Positions 46,459 through 57,060 are shown, counted from the stretch's first letter. The stretch is DNA of 64,000 bases from Candidatus Sericytochromatia bacterium (GCA_964229355.1 CAXRDE010000025.1:218823-282822); one strand, 5' to 3'. Translations and numbers: made by a program. Notes: generated by a model from the sequence alone, not told the origin.

Positions 46459-48213
46459 TTATTTACTTGCGGTTTGGGTGCGCACGGGCATATGCTCATA
46501 GGCCAGTGGCAGTTGTGGGTGGGCAGCAAATTGCCCGACCCGTGGCGACACCAGCTGATAATCCACCGGATGGTACAGGAAAATCCAGGGGGCATCTTCA
46601 ATCAGCAGCCGCTCGGCTTCCTGGTACAGTTCATAGCGTCGGGGTTCATAGGTGATGTCTTCCGCCTGCACAATGAGTTTTTCCACATCGGCCTGGGCGT
46701 AGCGGCTCAGGTTATAGCGACTTTGGCTATAAAAGGTGGGAAAAAACAATTCGCTGGGGTCTAAGATATCTGGCTCCCAGGCCCCATGAAAGAAGTCGGG
46801 TAAACGACCGGGATTCATGGCCTGAAAGCGGCGTAAAGGTTGAATCTGAATGGTGACGCCAATTTTTTTGAGATCCTGTTGAATCTTCTGGCACATTTCA
46901 AAAGACTGGGGCCGCTCATTGTGATAATACAGCACCAGGTTCAGCCGTGGATTTTGCCAGGGTTCAATGTCGCCATCGTAGTCCTTATCGCGCCAGCCCG
47001 CTTCAAACAGCAGCAAGCGGGCCTTTTTGAGGTCTTGCTCGTACAGCGCCTCGGTGCGGGTTGCCCCCGGAAAACCGGGCGGAAAAATACCGGTCATGGG
47101 ACGGGCATAAGACTTGAGGGTCTGGTCAATAATGGCCTGCTTGTCCACCGCATAATTAAAGGCCTGGCGCACCTTTTCATCATTGAAAGGAAAAGCCTGG
47201 TTGTTCATGCTAATGAACTCACTGTGCCAACGGGGCAGCTTCACCGTACGGGTCAGCGACAGATTGTTCAGACTGTTGGCGTTTTTCGCCACCACCGGGC
47301 CCACGGCATTCCACTGGGGATCGTTGAGCACCTTCGGCAAATAGCTTTCGGGGACGGGCGCGTGATCAATTTCTTTGCGGGTAAAGGCCAAAAATTGGTC
47401 TTTCACCGTGGGAATCACCTTTACCTGAATGGCCTCATTGGCCACCTCCGGCAGCGCATAAAAGTCGCCTGAACGCTGCAAGACAATGGTTTTGTCGTTC
47501 ATTTGAGATACAGCGTAGGGGCCTGCACCCACGGGCTGCTTGCCAAAGTCTTCCCACCATTTTTGCACGTTCTCGCGGGGCACGATCGAAAAGATGGGCA
47601 AAGCCAGCAGTTCTAAAGCGTAGGGAATGGGCTGATCCAGTTGGATTTGTACGATGTCGTGGTCAATGACTTCCACCCCCAACAAATGGGGCTCCTGAAT
47701 GCCAGCGCGGCGTGCCGCCTGGTAACGCTTTAAGCCAATAATACCGAGGCGTTCCATGGCCCAGGTATCCACCGCATTGAGATTGGGGTTAGCGGCCCGC
47801 TCAATGGAGTACTTCACGTCTTCGGCGGTCACCTGACGGCCGTTTTGAAAGCGCGCTTCAGGGTTGAGCTTAAAAATATAGCTTTTGCCGTCCGAGCCCA
47901 CCTGCCAGGAGCTGGCCACCGCAGGAATCACCTGGTGGTAAGCCCCGTTGCGGGGAGGCAAAATGGTGGGCGAATAGCTCACCAGCCCCCGGTGTACCAG
48001 ACGGCTCACCGCTTTCGCTGCTTTGCCTTGCACGTAGAGCGGGTCCAGGCTTTGCACCGGCTCAGACACAAAGGTTTTTAAGGTGTCGGCGGGCAGCGCC
48101 TGGGGCTTACTGGCGGCATTGGGAGCTGTTTGGGCCAGGGCCTGAAGCGGTGTAAACACCGTGGCCAGACTTAAACTCAACAGCGTGGCAGACAAAAGCG
48201 GTGACTTGATCAT
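46459..48213 (-). CDS. ABC transporter substrate-binding protein (peptide/nickel family 5)
   Basis: It has a signal peptide and, at 584 aa, the family-5 SBP layout. Confidence 0.85.
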   Translation of the reverse strand: MIKSPLLSATLLSLSLATVFTPLQALAQTAPNAASKPQALPADTLKTFVSEPVQSLDPLYVQGKAAKAVSRLVHRGLVSYSPTILPPRNGAYHQVIPAVASSWQVGSDGKSYIFKLNPEARFQNGRQVTAEDVKYSIERAANPNLNAVDTWAMERLGIIGLKRYQAARRAGIQEPHLLGVEVIDHDIVQIQLDQPIPYALELLALPIFSIVPRENVQKWWEDFGKQPVGAGPYAVSQMNDKTIVLQRSGDFYALPEVANEAIQVKVIPTVKDQFLAFTRKEIDHAPVPESYLPKVLNDPQWNAVGPVVAKNANSLNNLSLTRTVKLPRWHSEFISMNNQAFPFNDEKVRQAFNYAVDKQAIIDQTLKSYARPMTGIFPPGFPGATRTEALYEQDLKKARLLLFEAGWRDKDYDGDIEPWQNPRLNLVLYYHNERPQSFEMCQKIQQDLKKIGVTIQIQPLRRFQAMNPGRLPDFFHGAWEPDILDPSELFFPTFYSQSRYNLSRYAQADVEKLIVQAEDITYEPRRYELYQEAERLLIEDAPWIFLYHPVDYQLVSPRVGQFAAHPQLPLAYEHMPVRTQTASK

Positions 48214-49700
48214 TTTTGAGACCTCATATGGGGAAAGAGTAAAACATCACGAATCGAAGGCGCGTCGGTGAGTAGCATGACCAGACGATCGATACCGATC
48301 CCCAGGCCACCGGCTGGAGGCATTCCATGTTCCAGAGCCTGCACGTAGTCATGATCCATTTCATGGGCTTCGTCGTCTCCAGCAGCACGGGCGTCCAGTT
48401 GGCTTTCAAAACGCTCTTTTTGATCAACGGGGTCATTGAGTTCAGAGAACGCGTTGGCTAACTCACGTCCCATAATATACAACTCAAAGCGTTCGGTCAA
48501 TTCTGGGTCATGACGATGGGCTTTGGCCAGGGGTGAAATTTCTTTGGGAAAGTCGGTGATAAAAGTAGGCTGAATCAGCTTCGCATCAACGGTTTCAAAG
48601 ATTTCGTTGAGAATTTTGCCCTTGCCCATGCTGTCGTCAATAGCAATGTGCAAACGTTTGGCCGCAGCGCGCGCTGACTCCAGGGTATCAAAGTCTGCGG
48701 GGGTACAATCGGTGTACTCGCAGGTGGCTTCAAGCATGGTCATGCGCTTCCAGGGACGATCCCCAAAGTGCAGGGTGGTATCCTGGTAGTCTAAGGTGGT
48801 GCTGCCGTGAATTTCTTGCACCAGATGACAAATCAGGTCTTCGGTCAATTGCATCATATCGCCGTAGTCCGCATAGGCCTGGTACAGCTCTAACATGGTG
48901 AATTCAGGGTTATGGCGTACCGAAACCCCTTCATTGCGGAACACGCGGTTCAGTTCAAAAACCTTGTCAAAGCCGCCCACAATCAGGCGCTTTAAATACA
49001 ACTCAGGGGCAATGCGCATATACAATTGCATATCTAAGGCATTGTGGTGGGTAATAAAGGGACGGGCCGCAGCACCACCGGCAATGGGGTGCAGCATGGG
49101 AGTTTCCACTTCCATAAAGTCTTGAGCCGTCAAAAATTGACGAATCAGGCTCAGGGTTCTGCTGCGAATTTTAAAGGTGTCCCGCACTTCAGGATTCACA
49201 ATCAAATCGAGGTAGCGCTGACGATAGCGCAGCTCCACATCGGTGAGACCGTGGTATTTTTCGGGCAGCGGGCGCAAGGCTTTGGCCAGCAGTTCACACT
49301 GGTTGGCGGCAATGCTCAACTCTCCGGTGCGGGTTTTGGCCACGTGGCCGGTTAAACCTAAAATATCGCCCACATCATAGAGTTTGGTGCGTTCATAGGC
49401 TTCTTCGCCCAGACGGTCCAGCATCAACATGGCCTGAATACGACCTTCGCTGTCTTGCAGGTCAATAAAGGTCATTTTGCCCTTGCGGCGACGGGCGGTA
49501 ATGCGCCCTGCAATGGTGACTTCGTCACTGGATTTATCGCCACCAGGCTCTAAGGTTTCTTCGTAGGCCGCGCGCACTTCCGCAAAGGAATGGCTGCGGG
49601 TAAAGTGATAAGGATAGGGTTCAATGCCCGCTTCTCTTAAGGTGTTGGCCTTTTCTCGGCGCACCTCAAATTCACTTTGGTGGGTTGTTTGTTCTGACAT
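48210..49700 (-). CDS. lysS: Lysine--tRNA ligase (class II)
   Basis: It has an N-terminal anticodon-binding OB fold and class II motifs (FRNEG, GGLGIGIDRLVMLLT). It is colinear with LysS. Confidence 0.95.
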   Translation of the reverse strand: MSEQTTHQSEFEVRREKANTLREAGIEPYPYHFTRSHSFAEVRAAYEETLEPGGDKSSDEVTIAGRITARRRKGKMTFIDLQDSEGRIQAMLMLDRLGEEAYERTKLYDVGDILGLTGHVAKTRTGELSIAANQCELLAKALRPLPEKYHGLTDVELRYRQRYLDLIVNPEVRDTFKIRSRTLSLIRQFLTAQDFMEVETPMLHPIAGGAAARPFITHHNALDMQLYMRIAPELYLKRLIVGGFDKVFELNRVFRNEGVSVRHNPEFTMLELYQAYADYGDMMQLTEDLICHLVQEIHGSTTLDYQDTTLHFGDRPWKRMTMLEATCEYTDCTPADFDTLESARAAAKRLHIAIDDSMGKGKILNEIFETVDAKLIQPTFITDFPKEISPLAKAHRHDPELTERFELYIMGRELANAFSELNDPVDQKERFESQLDARAAGDDEAHEMDHDYVQALEHGMPPAGGLGIGIDRLVMLLTDAPSIRDVLLFPHMRSQK

Positions 49701-49782
49701 GAGAATTCCATCTAACTAAATTTTTCGTGTATTGCTTCAATTGTAACACTCTGCGCCCTCGGTGGCAGGGCGATGGCGCGCT

Positions 49783-50763
49783 TTAAAGCTTACCTTCTTT
49801 GATCCACTGGGCCAGTGCCCGGGTGTGATACGAGATAATAATATCCGCCCCGGCGCGCTTAAAAGAGGTCAGGGTTTCTAAAACAATCTTTTCTTCATCA
49901 ATCCAACCCGCCTGAGCGGCGGCATGAATCATGCTGTACTCACCAGAGACATTGTAAAGCGCCACGGGCACATCGACACTGTCAGCAATTTGGCGCACCA
50001 AATCCAGATAGGCCAGCGCGGGCTTGACCATGACAATATCTGCTCCCTCTTCGAGATCCAGTTGCACCTCTTTAAGGGCTTCACGGCCGTTGGCCGGGTC
50101 CATTTGATAACTGCGGCGATCGCCAAATTGAGGGGTGGAGTCTGCCGCCTCGCGGAACGGACCGTAGTAAGCCGAAGCAAACTTGGCGGAGTAGGCCATA
50201 ATGGGAATGTTTTCAAAGCCCTGATCGTCTAAGGCGTCGCGCATGGCCCCCACGCGACCGTCCATCATATCTGAAGGGGCCACCATATCGGCGCCGGCCT
50301 CGGCATGAGAAACCGCCGTACGCGACAGCAAATCTAAAGTTTTGTCATTGTGCACATCGTGGCCGTCTAAAATGCCACAGTGGCCGTGATCGGTGTATTC
50401 GCAATTGCACACGTCAGTCACCAGGTAAAAGGTGTCTTGAAACTGCTGTTTAATGGCACGTAGACCCTGTTGCACAATACCGTTTTCGGCATGGGCCTGG
50501 GTGGCCACCGCGTCTTTTTCACTGGGAATGCCAAACAGCAAGAGGTTTTTAACGCCCAGCTCTGCCAATTGCTCTAGCTCTGCGGGCAGGGCTGCCAGGC
50601 TAAAGCGGTCAATACCGGGCATAGAGCCAATGGGGGTTTTGCCCGCGGCTAAGGTTTGGTCAATAAAAATGGGGTAGATAAAGTCATCGAGATGCAGGCG
50701 GTGCTCACGCACCATGCTGCGGATATGGGCATTGCGGCGAAGTCGACGGGGTCGGTGAAGCAT
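49783..50763 (-). CDS. hemB: Porphobilinogen synthase (delta-aminolevulinic acid dehydratase)
   Basis: It has MLHRPRRLRRNAHIRSMVRE, the active-site lysine segments, and a typical length of 326 aa. Confidence 0.95.
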   Translation of the reverse strand: MLHRPRRLRRNAHIRSMVREHRLHLDDFIYPIFIDQTLAAGKTPIGSMPGIDRFSLAALPAELEQLAELGVKNLLLFGIPSEKDAVATQAHAENGIVQQGLRAIKQQFQDTFYLVTDVCNCEYTDHGHCGILDGHDVHNDKTLDLLSRTAVSHAEAGADMVAPSDMMDGRVGAMRDALDDQGFENIPIMAYSAKFASAYYGPFREAADSTPQFGDRRSYQMDPANGREALKEVQLDLEEGADIVMVKPALAYLDLVRQIADSVDVPVALYNVSGEYSMIHAAAQAGWIDEEKIVLETLTSFKRAGADIIISYHTRALAQWIKEGKL

Positions 50764-50799
50764 CAGAAAAATCCTTTTTTAGGGGCAATATATCACAGG

Positions 50800-51087
50800 C
50801 TATTTCTTCGTGGCCTGCAAAAACTCCACATAGAACGTTACAGCCCCCTGGGGAGCCACTTCATGCAAGACCTGGGGCTCCACGATGCCCGGTTGACCGG
50901 GCGTCAGCAGATGCTCTTCTACCGTGGGTTCTAAAATACGATACCGCAAAGCACCCGCCGTGACCTGAATGCGTCCCCAGGTACCCGCTCTGGTCTGGTG
51001 GGACTTGAGCAGCCCGGCAGGCACCGTCGCTTCGGTAAAATCGGGGGTTCGCTTGTAAACCTGCACATCAGGGGGCAAAGGCTTCAT
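50800..51087 (-). CDS. DUF1971-family small protein (TehB N-terminal-domain-like)
   Basis: It is 95 aa with a WGRIQVTAGALRYRI...LTPGQPGIVEPQVLHEV pattern. Confidence 0.55.
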   Translation of the reverse strand: MKPLPPDVQVYKRTPDFTEATVPAGLLKSHQTRAGTWGRIQVTAGALRYRILEPTVEEHLLTPGQPGIVEPQVLHEVAPQGAVTFYVEFLQATKK

Positions 51088-51287
51088 GGCTGTGAGGTCT
51101 CCTCTTCTTGAGATGTGCTGTCAGATCCCCCCGTGGGCAGGGACCATGAAACATGGTGTTGACTCTGTTGCTGGCTGCTGCCATTGCCCGCCTGCTGTGA
51201 ACCCTCATAGGCAAAATTGAGTGCGCCTGTGGGCTGGCAGGCGGTGAGTAAACATAAGGTATAAAGCAGGCCGTAGAAAATACGCAT
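51084..51287 (-). CDS. Small lipoprotein, hypothetical
   Basis: It has a lipobox (LLTAC|Q) and is 67 aa. It overlaps the upstream stop by 4 nt. Confidence 0.35.
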   Translation of the reverse strand: MRIFYGLLYTLCLLTACQPTGALNFAYEGSQQAGNGSSQQQSQHHVSWSLPTGGSDSTSQEEETSQP

Positions 51288-51400
51288 ATGCCCTTAATTA
51301 TAAGCAAAGTTGATCAAGAACACAAAATTTGCTTGTCCTTTGTACAAATGCCTGCCATAATTGCGGTATTGAGCAGTTGATTTTCTATGGAAAAGACAAA

Positions 51401-52090
51401 GTGGTGAAAACGACAAAACGGCGACTTTTATTTACTTTTGGGGGTCTGGGATTCTTGTGGGCTTGTGCTCCCTTAACGCCCCCCTCCACTGCGTATACTT
51501 CATTGCCTGTGAACCCTCCTCCTTCAGCTTCTGTCTCAGTGCCCGCTGAGGGGTCATCTCTTCCGACTGAAGGGGCCCCCATAGAAACGCCAGCCCCTGA
51601 AGCGCCTCAGCCTTCATCCACCGTGCCCCCCTCTTCAGCCCCTGTAAGTTCGAATACAGAGCCCCTGTCCACCCTTTTGGCTGAAGCCGTACAATTGCGT
51701 CTGCGCTATAAGGCGTTACTGGTGCGTCAGGAGGAAGATGTGACGCTGGATATTCAATTGCTGGATCGCCAGGGGGCAGCCCTAAACCTTCAAGCCCGTG
51801 ACTTTTTGAGTGCTTCCCCCCCACCCAATGCTTATGCATTGGTCTACGAAAGCAGCCAACCCGATGTCATCGCCATTGACCCAGATGGGCGTTTGAAGGC
51901 TTTAAAAGCCTCTGGCAGCAGCCGGATTACCGCCCGGATCACGGGAACATCTCTGGAAACCACTGAGATCTTTGTGGCGGGTGCGGCCACAGGCTCCAGT
52001 GGCGGCGGAGGTGGCGGTGGCGGAGGCGGAGGTGGTAACAACGCATCGCCTCAGGAGCGCGTCAGCGGAACGGTCCGTTTTCAGTTTTGA
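51401..52090 (+). CDS. Lipoprotein with P/S-rich linker, bacterial Ig-like (Big_2-like) domain and poly-Gly(13) tract
   Basis: It has a GTG start with a lipobox (FLWAC|A). The Ig-like segment is AYALVYESSQPDVIAIDPDGRLKALKASGSSRITARITG. A run of 13 Gly lies near the C-terminus. Confidence 0.5.
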   Translation: MVKTTKRRLLFTFGGLGFLWACAPLTPPSTAYTSLPVNPPPSASVSVPAEGSSLPTEGAPIETPAPEAPQPSSTVPPSSAPVSSNTEPLSTLLAEAVQLRLRYKALLVRQEEDVTLDIQLLDRQGAALNLQARDFLSASPPPNAYALVYESSQPDVIAIDPDGRLKALKASGSSRITARITGTSLETTEIFVAGAATGSSGGGGGGGGGGGGNNASPQERVSGTVRFQF

Positions 52091-52122
52091 GCAAGAAATA
52101 TAGCATAAGAAAGGTTTTCCTT

Positions 52123-55095
52123 ATGAAATACCCACAATGGGGTCTGTTATTACTCAGTGCGAGCCTGGTGGCCTGTACCAGTCCATCGCTTGAGGTGAGC
52201 CCGAAATCTGAAGATGCTTTCGAGAGTCCCTTGCAGGGCCAAGCGACTCAAAATGTGGAGCGCGTGCGCTTTGTTTACACGGCTGCCCATTCCTTTAAAA
52301 CCCAGGCAGTTGAAACAGCGGCAGTTAAGTTTTTACGGCTCACCCTCGTTGGCGATGGGATTTCGACCCCTTTACGACATCAGGGTGAAGAATACATTCC
52401 CGTCCATGCCGAAGGCACAGATCTCGTCATCGATAATATTCCCACCCAGGCCGGTAAATTACGGGTGGTCACCGTTCAGGGCTATGACGAAAATCGACAG
52501 GCGTTGACCGCGTTTGTGGGCAAAGGCTTTTATCTGTCCCGCCAGGCTGGCGATGTGCAAGTGGAAGTGGACAGACGCCACCTGCTAAGCGGTCTGGCTC
52601 TCGAGCTGTTTCTGGCAGAAAATGCAGCCGCAGCCTCTGCGGTAGACCTTGCTGCGCTACAGCAAGTGGTGGATCAGGCAACCGAATTTAATGACGACAC
52701 CCAGCAATTTGGCAAGGACCCTCTGCGCTTTAATCCACAGCGCCTGCTCACCTTGTTAATGAACAACCAACTCACGACCGAAAACCTCAGTGATCAGGGA
52801 GAGTATAACCCTGTTCCCGTGCGCTTTTTCACACGCACACCCGACAATTGTGCTTTTCAAGCCCCGCTGGTGCTCACGGTGGATGCTCCCGGTGTTCCAG
52901 CCCAGACCATTGCCCCGGGGACCCATGGAGTAAGTCCCACAGACTGGTCGCTTTACCCAGGACTTTGGCGGGTACAGGCCAGAACAGAGGCGGGCACGCT
53001 CCTGGACCAAACCCATTTTGAAGTCACGGGCGGAGGACTTGTTAATTTTTTGAGCGGACCAGGGGGGCCAGGGGGAGGTAGTTTTCAAAGTGCCTGGGCC
53101 CCCGAGGGCTTGCCGGGACGCATTGAGGCTTATACGATTTCCACAGTGGCTGGCGGCGGTGTGGGAGATGGCGGAGAGGCCGCTGAGGCCAGCCTCAATA
53201 ATCCCCAGACCATGGTGCGGGATGCCCAGGGAAATGTGTATATTTCTTCGGCCTTTCGGATACGCAGGGTCAATACTTCAGGGACGATTGAGACCATTGC
53301 AGGCAATGGTGTTCAGGGTTTTAGTGGGGATGGTGGCCCTGCTACATCAGCGCAGATTTCAGGGGTTACGGGCATGGCCATTGATGCGCAAGGCAACCTC
53401 TATTTGGCGGACACTTTTTCACACCGGATTCGCAAGGTGACGCCCGAGGGAATAATCAGCACCATTGCAGGGACCGGCCAGGCGGGCTTTGCGGGCGACA
53501 ATGGCCCGGCCCTACAGGCGGATCTGAAAGAGCCCATGGGGCTGGAGATAGACAGCCAGGGACGCCTTTGGATAGCAGATAATAAAAATTATCGCATTCG
53601 TCGCATTGAAAACGGTGTCATAACGACCGTGGCAGGTACAGGAACGCCTGGCAAACCGGAAACAAGTCAAACTGCCTTGCAGGCGAATATTGCGACCTCT
53701 CAACTGGCTTTTGATACCAGCGGGAACCTACTCATAAACAATACCCTTTATGGCACCCTTTACCGCATCCATCCAGATCAGACCCTGAGCATTGTGGCGG
53801 GAAATGGCATCTCAGGCTCACCTGGCACAGAGGGCTCGCTGGCTACAGACAGCTCTTTTTCACAGCTCTCTGATTTTGAAACCCTGGCGGATGGCAGTGT
53901 GGTATTTAGTGCCAATTGTCGGGTTTTTCAGCTGGCTGCGAATGGGACCTTTACTACCCTGGCGGGTTCAAACTGTACGCCAGCCCTTGAGTATGAAAAT
54001 GAGGGGCTTGAAGCCACTGCGGCACGCTTTGGTTCAAGTTTACGGGTGGCACACACCGCCAGTGGAGACCCCTTGATTGCGGATGTTGCAAGCCACCGGG
54101 TTTTTCAACTCAAAAATGGTCAACTGCAAAGATTTGCCGGGGGGGGAGCTGGAGATGGCTCGCCCGGAACCTCCGCACAACTGGACTACCCCCGAGGACT
54201 TGCCCTGGATGCCGAGGGCAATCTCTTGATTGTGGATAATGGTCATTATCGTGTGCGCAAACTGAATGCCCAGGGCGTGATCTCGACGATTGCCGGTAAT
54301 GGTTTAAAAGGCATGCTGGGCGATGGCGGACCTGCCGTTAATGCCCGACTTTATTTGCCCCAGGGCATTGCAGCCGATAGTACAGGAAATGTGTATATCG
54401 GGGACTCAAACAATAACACGATTCGCAAAATTGACCCCCAGGGGCAAATAAGCACTGCAGCGCATACTGCATATCCCGTGGGTCTGGCCATAGGGAGTGA
54501 CGGTCAACTTTACTTTTCTGAGCCCGATAACAACCGCGTGCGGCTGTGGGATCCTGTAACAGATCTGTTTTCGCTGTTTGCAGGACAGGGCAATATCATG
54601 GCTGATTATGCAGGTGATGGCGGACCGGCTTTACAGGCGCGGTTTTCTTTGCCCTGGAGTGTTTATGTGGCCCCCAATCAAGATGTGTATATTAGCGATG
54701 CCCACAATTCAATGATTCGGCGTGTGGATGCGCAAACGAAAATAATTTCTCGCTTTGCGGGGACTTTGTATGATGGCGCTCGGCAGTTTACAGGAGAGGG
54801 CGGTCCCGCGGATCAGGCCAAATTAGGCCAAATTTTTGGGGTAACAGGCGATCGTTGTGGCAATATCTACTTCTCTGATGCCCTGGGACGTATCGTCCGC
54901 GTGGATGCCAGCAGTCAAAAAATGGAGACCATTGCAGGCGGTACCATCGGTGGCTTTGCAGGAGACAATGGTCCTGCTTTGCAGGCCAGATTTAACTTTC
55001 CTCGGGATTTGGTAGTGGATCAAACCGGCAATATTTATGTATCAGACAGTTCCAACCAACGGATCCGTAAATTAACACCTCAGTTTGCGCCCTGA
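52123..55095 (+). CDS. NHL-repeat beta-propeller lipoprotein (about 990 aa)
   Basis: It has a lipobox (SLVAC|T). There are more than 10 NHL-type repeats (e.g. AGNGVQGFSGDGGPATSAQISGVTGMAIDAQGNLYLADTFSHRIRKV). The start was set at the ATG with an RBS (52123). Confidence 0.8.
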   Translation: MKYPQWGLLLLSASLVACTSPSLEVSPKSEDAFESPLQGQATQNVERVRFVYTAAHSFKTQAVETAAVKFLRLTLVGDGISTPLRHQGEEYIPVHAEGTDLVIDNIPTQAGKLRVVTVQGYDENRQALTAFVGKGFYLSRQAGDVQVEVDRRHLLSGLALELFLAENAAAASAVDLAALQQVVDQATEFNDDTQQFGKDPLRFNPQRLLTLLMNNQLTTENLSDQGEYNPVPVRFFTRTPDNCAFQAPLVLTVDAPGVPAQTIAPGTHGVSPTDWSLYPGLWRVQARTEAGTLLDQTHFEVTGGGLVNFLSGPGGPGGGSFQSAWAPEGLPGRIEAYTISTVAGGGVGDGGEAAEASLNNPQTMVRDAQGNVYISSAFRIRRVNTSGTIETIAGNGVQGFSGDGGPATSAQISGVTGMAIDAQGNLYLADTFSHRIRKVTPEGIISTIAGTGQAGFAGDNGPALQADLKEPMGLEIDSQGRLWIADNKNYRIRRIENGVITTVAGTGTPGKPETSQTALQANIATSQLAFDTSGNLLINNTLYGTLYRIHPDQTLSIVAGNGISGSPGTEGSLATDSSFSQLSDFETLADGSVVFSANCRVFQLAANGTFTTLAGSNCTPALEYENEGLEATAARFGSSLRVAHTASGDPLIADVASHRVFQLKNGQLQRFAGGGAGDGSPGTSAQLDYPRGLALDAEGNLLIVDNGHYRVRKLNAQGVISTIAGNGLKGMLGDGGPAVNARLYLPQGIAADSTGNVYIGDSNNNTIRKIDPQGQISTAAHTAYPVGLAIGSDGQLYFSEPDNNRVRLWDPVTDLFSLFAGQGNIMADYAGDGGPALQARFSLPWSVYVAPNQDVYISDAHNSMIRRVDAQTKIISRFAGTLYDGARQFTGEGGPADQAKLGQIFGVTGDRCGNIYFSDALGRIVRVDASSQKMETIAGGTIGGFAGDNGPALQARFNFPRDLVVDQTGNIYVSDSSNQRIRKLTPQFAP

Positions 55096-55191
55096 GCCGG
55101 GGATTTTTGAGAGGCTTGTGTTAATGTCTGACACAATGGGTATAATAAGAAGAAGCCTCTATAACACGCTGCCTAAAGGATTGTCTGCTTC

Positions 55192-56016
55192 ATGATTAGT
55201 CACATTCGCCCCGGTATCCAAACCCCATCGAACCAGCCCCTTCAGTTCCCCTCTTCGGTGACTCCTGCTTCAAGCCCCGATGGTTTAGGACCAATGCCCA
55301 CCACCACCGCCGAGCTCAATTATGGTAACACCAACGCCGTAAAAAATCGAAGCAGCGCTGGGTTTGACCCCAACGGTCTCAGCTTTGGTAAAGGCGCCGC
55401 CAATGATGACAAAGCCATTGCCGATCTAAAAAGCACCTTTGTACGGGGCGGCCGCGTGGGCATTAGCAAAATGAAAGCCCTGGACACCAAAGTGGACCAA
55501 CTTTTAAAAGATCCTGGCATGCGCGAAGCCCTGATTGAGCGCTATGGTTTAAACTCTGCCGACAACCGCAAAGCTTTAATGGCCGTGGGCACCATGGAGT
55601 CGGGGGGCAACGGCGACATGGGTGAAACCATGACCGCCACCATGAACCGTGCCCTGGTACAAAACCTCACCCGTGAAATCACGGGCAAAGGGGGCCGCAT
55701 TAGCATTAAAGATGTGGTCAACCAGAAGAACCAGTACGAATCCGCACCCCGTGTGAATGCCGTGATCAACGGGGGACGCACCCACGAAAACTGGAACGCC
55801 TACAAAGGCCAGGCCGGGCAAATCGCCGACCAGATTCTTGAGGGCAAATCCACCTTTAAGCAAGATGCTTCAGACATTTACTATTTCCGGGGCGGTAGCT
55901 TTGGCAAGAGCACGGAGTTTAAAATTGGCAAGCACAGCTTTGATGACACCCTCAACGGACAAAACTACGTGCAAGAAGGCCTGCGTCTGGCCGATCGCAT
56001 TAACCACAACAGCTAG
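55192..56016 (+). CDS. SleB/CwlJ-like cell-wall hydrolase domain protein with leaderless S/P-rich N-terminus
   Basis: The C-terminal 150 aa are ALMAVGTMESGGNGDMGETMTATMNRALVQ...YYFRGG, consistent with the Hydrolase_2 (SleB) core. The N-terminus (MISHIRPGIQTPSNQPLQFPSSVTPASSP) has no signal peptide. Confidence 0.5.
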   Translation: MISHIRPGIQTPSNQPLQFPSSVTPASSPDGLGPMPTTTAELNYGNTNAVKNRSSAGFDPNGLSFGKGAANDDKAIADLKSTFVRGGRVGISKMKALDTKVDQLLKDPGMREALIERYGLNSADNRKALMAVGTMESGGNGDMGETMTATMNRALVQNLTREITGKGGRISIKDVVNQKNQYESAPRVNAVINGGRTHENWNAYKGQAGQIADQILEGKSTFKQDASDIYYFRGGSFGKSTEFKIGKHSFDDTLNGQNYVQEGLRLADRINHNS

Positions 56017-56984
56017 ATTTCTAAATCTTTATCGCTCAGGGGAAGATCCAACTGGACTTCCCCGATTTTGAGGGAAAACACCAGTTTATCGCCCTCGTAC
56101 ATTTCATGAATGCGCATAAAATAATCCTGCATATCGATGCCGAGCAGTTCGCGGGTGATTTTGCTGTCAAAATCGTTGGCACGGGTGTACTCCAGAATGG
56201 CAATGGTGCGCCCGTTTAACTGGGTTTTACCCAAAACCTTCGGGGCGTGTTTGCCCCCCAACAGACGCTGCGAGATCGCAAAGGCGTCGATTTGGTCCAG
56301 ACGATACCCTCTCGGCGTTAACAAACGCTCATCGTTCATTTGGGTATCGAGTTTGACAAAGCCCAGGGCGCCACCGGGCCGCACCGAAATCGTGTCTGAG
56401 CCGGCCTGGTAACCCATTTTCACGCCAATATACAGGCTATTTGTGTGTTTAAACACGTCCAATTTGGCGCGTCCATTGAGCGCGGTCATGTAAAAAGAGA
56501 GGTTGGTGGGTCCTTTGGCATCGTTGGCCTCATAACCTTCAACGGTCAATTTAAAGCTTTTTAAAGACTGAAAACGGGTAACGGCTTTTTGCAGCAATTG
56601 CTGGGCCGCAGACAGCTGGGGTTTTGCGGTCGCCGGGGCTTTGGCGGGTGTGGCAGTGGGTTGGGGTGTAACCGATCCCGGCGCAACAGGGCGGGTAGCG
56701 GTAGGGCGAGCACTGGCTTGCACCGTGGGCTGGGCAGCTGATGAACCCGATGGGGCACCTGGCGATGCGGGATTGGGCATCGTTGCTCCCGATAACGGGG
56801 GTGTCGAGATCTGCGGCACGCCCTGCTGACCGGCGGGGTAGGCCTGTTGTTGCTGGGGTATTTGCTGAGGCATTTGCTGAGGCGCAGTGAAGGCGCCCGT
56901 AGAGCCGTTGACATAGGTTTGGCCACCGCAGGCCCCCAGAAGCCCCAGGCTCAGGGCAAAAACCAGGTATTTTTTCTGCAGCAT
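56013..56984 (-). CDS. Lipoprotein with P/A/Q-rich linker and C-terminal LolA-like/DUF domain
   Basis: It has a lipobox (LLGAC|G) and a low-complexity linker. The C-terminus is globular. Confidence 0.5.
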   Translation of the reverse strand: MLQKKYLVFALSLGLLGACGGQTYVNGSTGAFTAPQQMPQQIPQQQQAYPAGQQGVPQISTPPLSGATMPNPASPGAPSGSSAAQPTVQASARPTATRPVAPGSVTPQPTATPAKAPATAKPQLSAAQQLLQKAVTRFQSLKSFKLTVEGYEANDAKGPTNLSFYMTALNGRAKLDVFKHTNSLYIGVKMGYQAGSDTISVRPGGALGFVKLDTQMNDERLLTPRGYRLDQIDAFAISQRLLGGKHAPKVLGKTQLNGRTIAILEYTRANDFDSKITRELLGIDMQDYFMRIHEMYEGDKLVFSLKIGEVQLDLPLSDKDLEI

Positions 56985-57060
56985 GCAGCATTCTCCCGTA
57001 CTTCAGGCTTTCAATTCCCATGGTTTTGCGGTACAGTGGCCAGAAGAAAAGGAATGGATC

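Noticed and set aside
52001-52036. GGN-rich nucleotide run (poly-Gly codons) as a slippage-prone homopolymer
   Set aside because: The codons alternate GGC/GGA/GGT, so there is no true homopolymer. It encodes a flexible Gly13 linker, not a contingency tract.
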